The notes under the pieces: model-generated
Database searches by the model: none
What the model saw: the letters and a program-made list of their open reading frames with translations, nothing else
What the model was told of the DNA's origin: nothing
NCBI GenBank assembly: GCA_963678315.1
Contig: OY782781.1
Location: 768,001-832,000 of the forward strand
Source of the DNA: Candidatus Cloacimonadales bacterium
Lineage (GTDB): Bacteria; Cloacimonadota; Cloacimonadia; Cloacimonadales; JAFGVF01
Length of the DNA: 64,000 nt
Direction of reading: 5' to 3'
Shown: piece by piece, positions 62,384 through 64,000 of the stretch
Numbering within the stretch: position 1 is the first letter of the stretch
How the letters are laid out: each line of letters begins with the position of its first letter
Made by a program: the position numbers and the translations under genes

Positions 62384-63965
62384 ACACAATTTTATAAAGG
62401 TATATTTCACAGTAGGGTTTATAGTAATAATTAGTGTTTTTATAGGTTATAGTCAGATATTAATAAAGAATTTAAGAGAGGATTCTCGGAAAACCCCAGG
62501 ATTATTTGCTAATTATATATATAATACAAAATACTATTTAGATGAAGCACAAGACAATTATAATTCAATAGTTAATAGTATTGACGAAATAAATAACAAT
62601 TACGAGCTTTCAAATCAGAAGACAGAAGTCCTAGTAGGTATTTATGAAAAATACATTAGGAGTCTAGGGAATGAAGAAGGGACAGAGAAATTCAATGATT
62701 ATTTTACTTCTGAATTTAGCAATGACTTAGGATTCCCAATAATACTAACTGATGAGAATTATCTTCCTACAAGTTGGAAAAATACTTCAATTCCAGAAAA
62801 GAAATATGAAGATCTTAATAACTCAGAGAAGCGTGGCTTAGAAACTCTTCTAGAAAGTATGAAGAGTGTAGATGTTAAAGTACAAGGCAAAGTACTAAGT
62901 CATGTTCATTTTCTACCTATAACAAATAAATTGAAAGAGCCTCCTAAACCTCCAAGTAATTTTGAAGATTTCATTACCAGAATGGAGCAACCAATAGTTA
63001 TAACCAACATAGAAAACCTTCCTGTCTTATGGAATAATATTGCGGATGTCCCACAAGGTGTGAAATATGATCAGTTGAGCTTTGAAGAAAAAGAAAAATT
63101 AACAGCTTCCATAAACAATATGAATGCAATTCCGGTTAATGTTGAGAATAGCAATATCAGTAAAATATATATAAACCAGTTAAAATCAATATCCAATATC
63201 CATGTTTTTATCTTGTTGCAACTAGGGTTGGTAATGGTCTTTGTCTTGATTGGAGTATTAGGAGTAAGACTGATAAAAAGGACTGAAAATGACTTGATAT
63301 GGGTTGGATTAGCTAAAGAGACAGCTCACCAGCTAGGTACACCTATAACTTCTTTATTAGGCTGGATAGAGTATCTCAAAATAAAAGAAGAGTTTCAGGA
63401 TGAAGAGAATTCTGAGATGTTAACCTTTATGGAGAGCGATGTAAGTCATTTGAAGATGATTGCTTCTAGATTTGGTAAAATAGGTTCTAAGTTGGAAATG
63501 AAAGCAATTGAGATTGAACCAGTTATTGATGAGACTGTGAAGTATATAAGACAGAGATTACCGCATTTAGGTTCAAAGATTGAGTTAAATCTTCGTAGTA
63601 ATATCCCAAATGTAAAGGTGAAAACCGAGAAAGAACTCTTTGTTTGGGTTTTAGAGAATCTGCTAAAAAACTGTGTTGATGCCATTGGGGAATCTGGTGG
63701 GAAGATAGATGTTGAGGTTTATCGAAAGCACAATAATCTACAAATATTAGTTTCAGATACGGGTAAAGGTATAGAAAAACATATGTTTAAGAAGATATTC
63801 CAAGCAGGAGTAACAAGTAAAAAACGTGGTTGGGGTTTGGGCTTAAGTCTAGTTAATAGGATTGTTACAGAATACCATAAGGGTAGAATAAGAGTTCTAA
63901 AGAGTAGTTTAAATAAAGGTACCACATTTGAAGTTATTCTACCAATCTATGTTGAGGAGCTTTGA
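62325..63965 (+). CDS. Membrane sensor histidine kinase (start uncertain)
   Basis: Two TM helices; H-box 'ETAHQLGTP'; 'ENLLKN', 'DTGKG', 'GWGLGL'. Confidence 0.88.
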   Translation: MSKHWMNWIKSGIISKKLNRHNFIKVYFTVGFIVIISVFIGYSQILIKNLREDSRKTPGLFANYIYNTKYYLDEAQDNYNSIVNSIDEINNNYELSNQKTEVLVGIYEKYIRSLGNEEGTEKFNDYFTSEFSNDLGFPIILTDENYLPTSWKNTSIPEKKYEDLNNSEKRGLETLLESMKSVDVKVQGKVLSHVHFLPITNKLKEPPKPPSNFEDFITRMEQPIVITNIENLPVLWNNIADVPQGVKYDQLSFEEKEKLTASINNMNAIPVNVENSNISKIYINQLKSISNIHVFILLQLGLVMVFVLIGVLGVRLIKRTENDLIWVGLAKETAHQLGTPITSLLGWIEYLKIKEEFQDEENSEMLTFMESDVSHLKMIASRFGKIGSKLEMKAIEIEPVIDETVKYIRQRLPHLGSKIELNLRSNIPNVKVKTEKELFVWVLENLLKNCVDAIGESGGKIDVEVYRKHNNLQILVSDTGKGIEKHMFKKIFQAGVTSKKRGWGLGLSLVNRIVTEYHKGRIRVLKSSLNKGTTFEVILPIYVEEL

Positions 63966-64000
63966 TTATGAATTATGTTATAACACGGCAACAGATGTAT

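Overview
AT-rich bacterial chromosome segment, most likely Cloacimonadota (FCB group). This is inferred from the FlgD-Ig/T9SS-like C-terminal domain proteins and gene style, not from a database search. Contents in order: the end of a surface-polysaccharide locus (1-11.4 kb, including an SHMT-like PLP enzyme); rsgA-nadK-recN; nfeD-SPFH-eno; a DUF2089/DUF4097 pair; an SNF2 helicase; a REP-associated tyrosine transposase (RAYT) with flanking REPs; an antiporter with an EIIA-PII fusion; the tRNA-tuf-rpmG-secE-nusG-rplKAJL-rpoBC-rpsLG cluster, which ends without fusA; two IS1182-family elements; an ECF-sigma / tandem secreted-protein island; and purC-RR-mazG-HK. Most notable observations: (1) a ribosomal L7/L12 C-terminal-like domain inserted into RNA polymerase beta; (2) two IS1182 copies that each duplicated a whole REP hairpin (20 and 17 bp) with the same geometry; (3) long intergenic mosaics built from many unrelated palindromic and short tandem repeat families; (4) a candidate minus-strand structured RNA upstream of purC.
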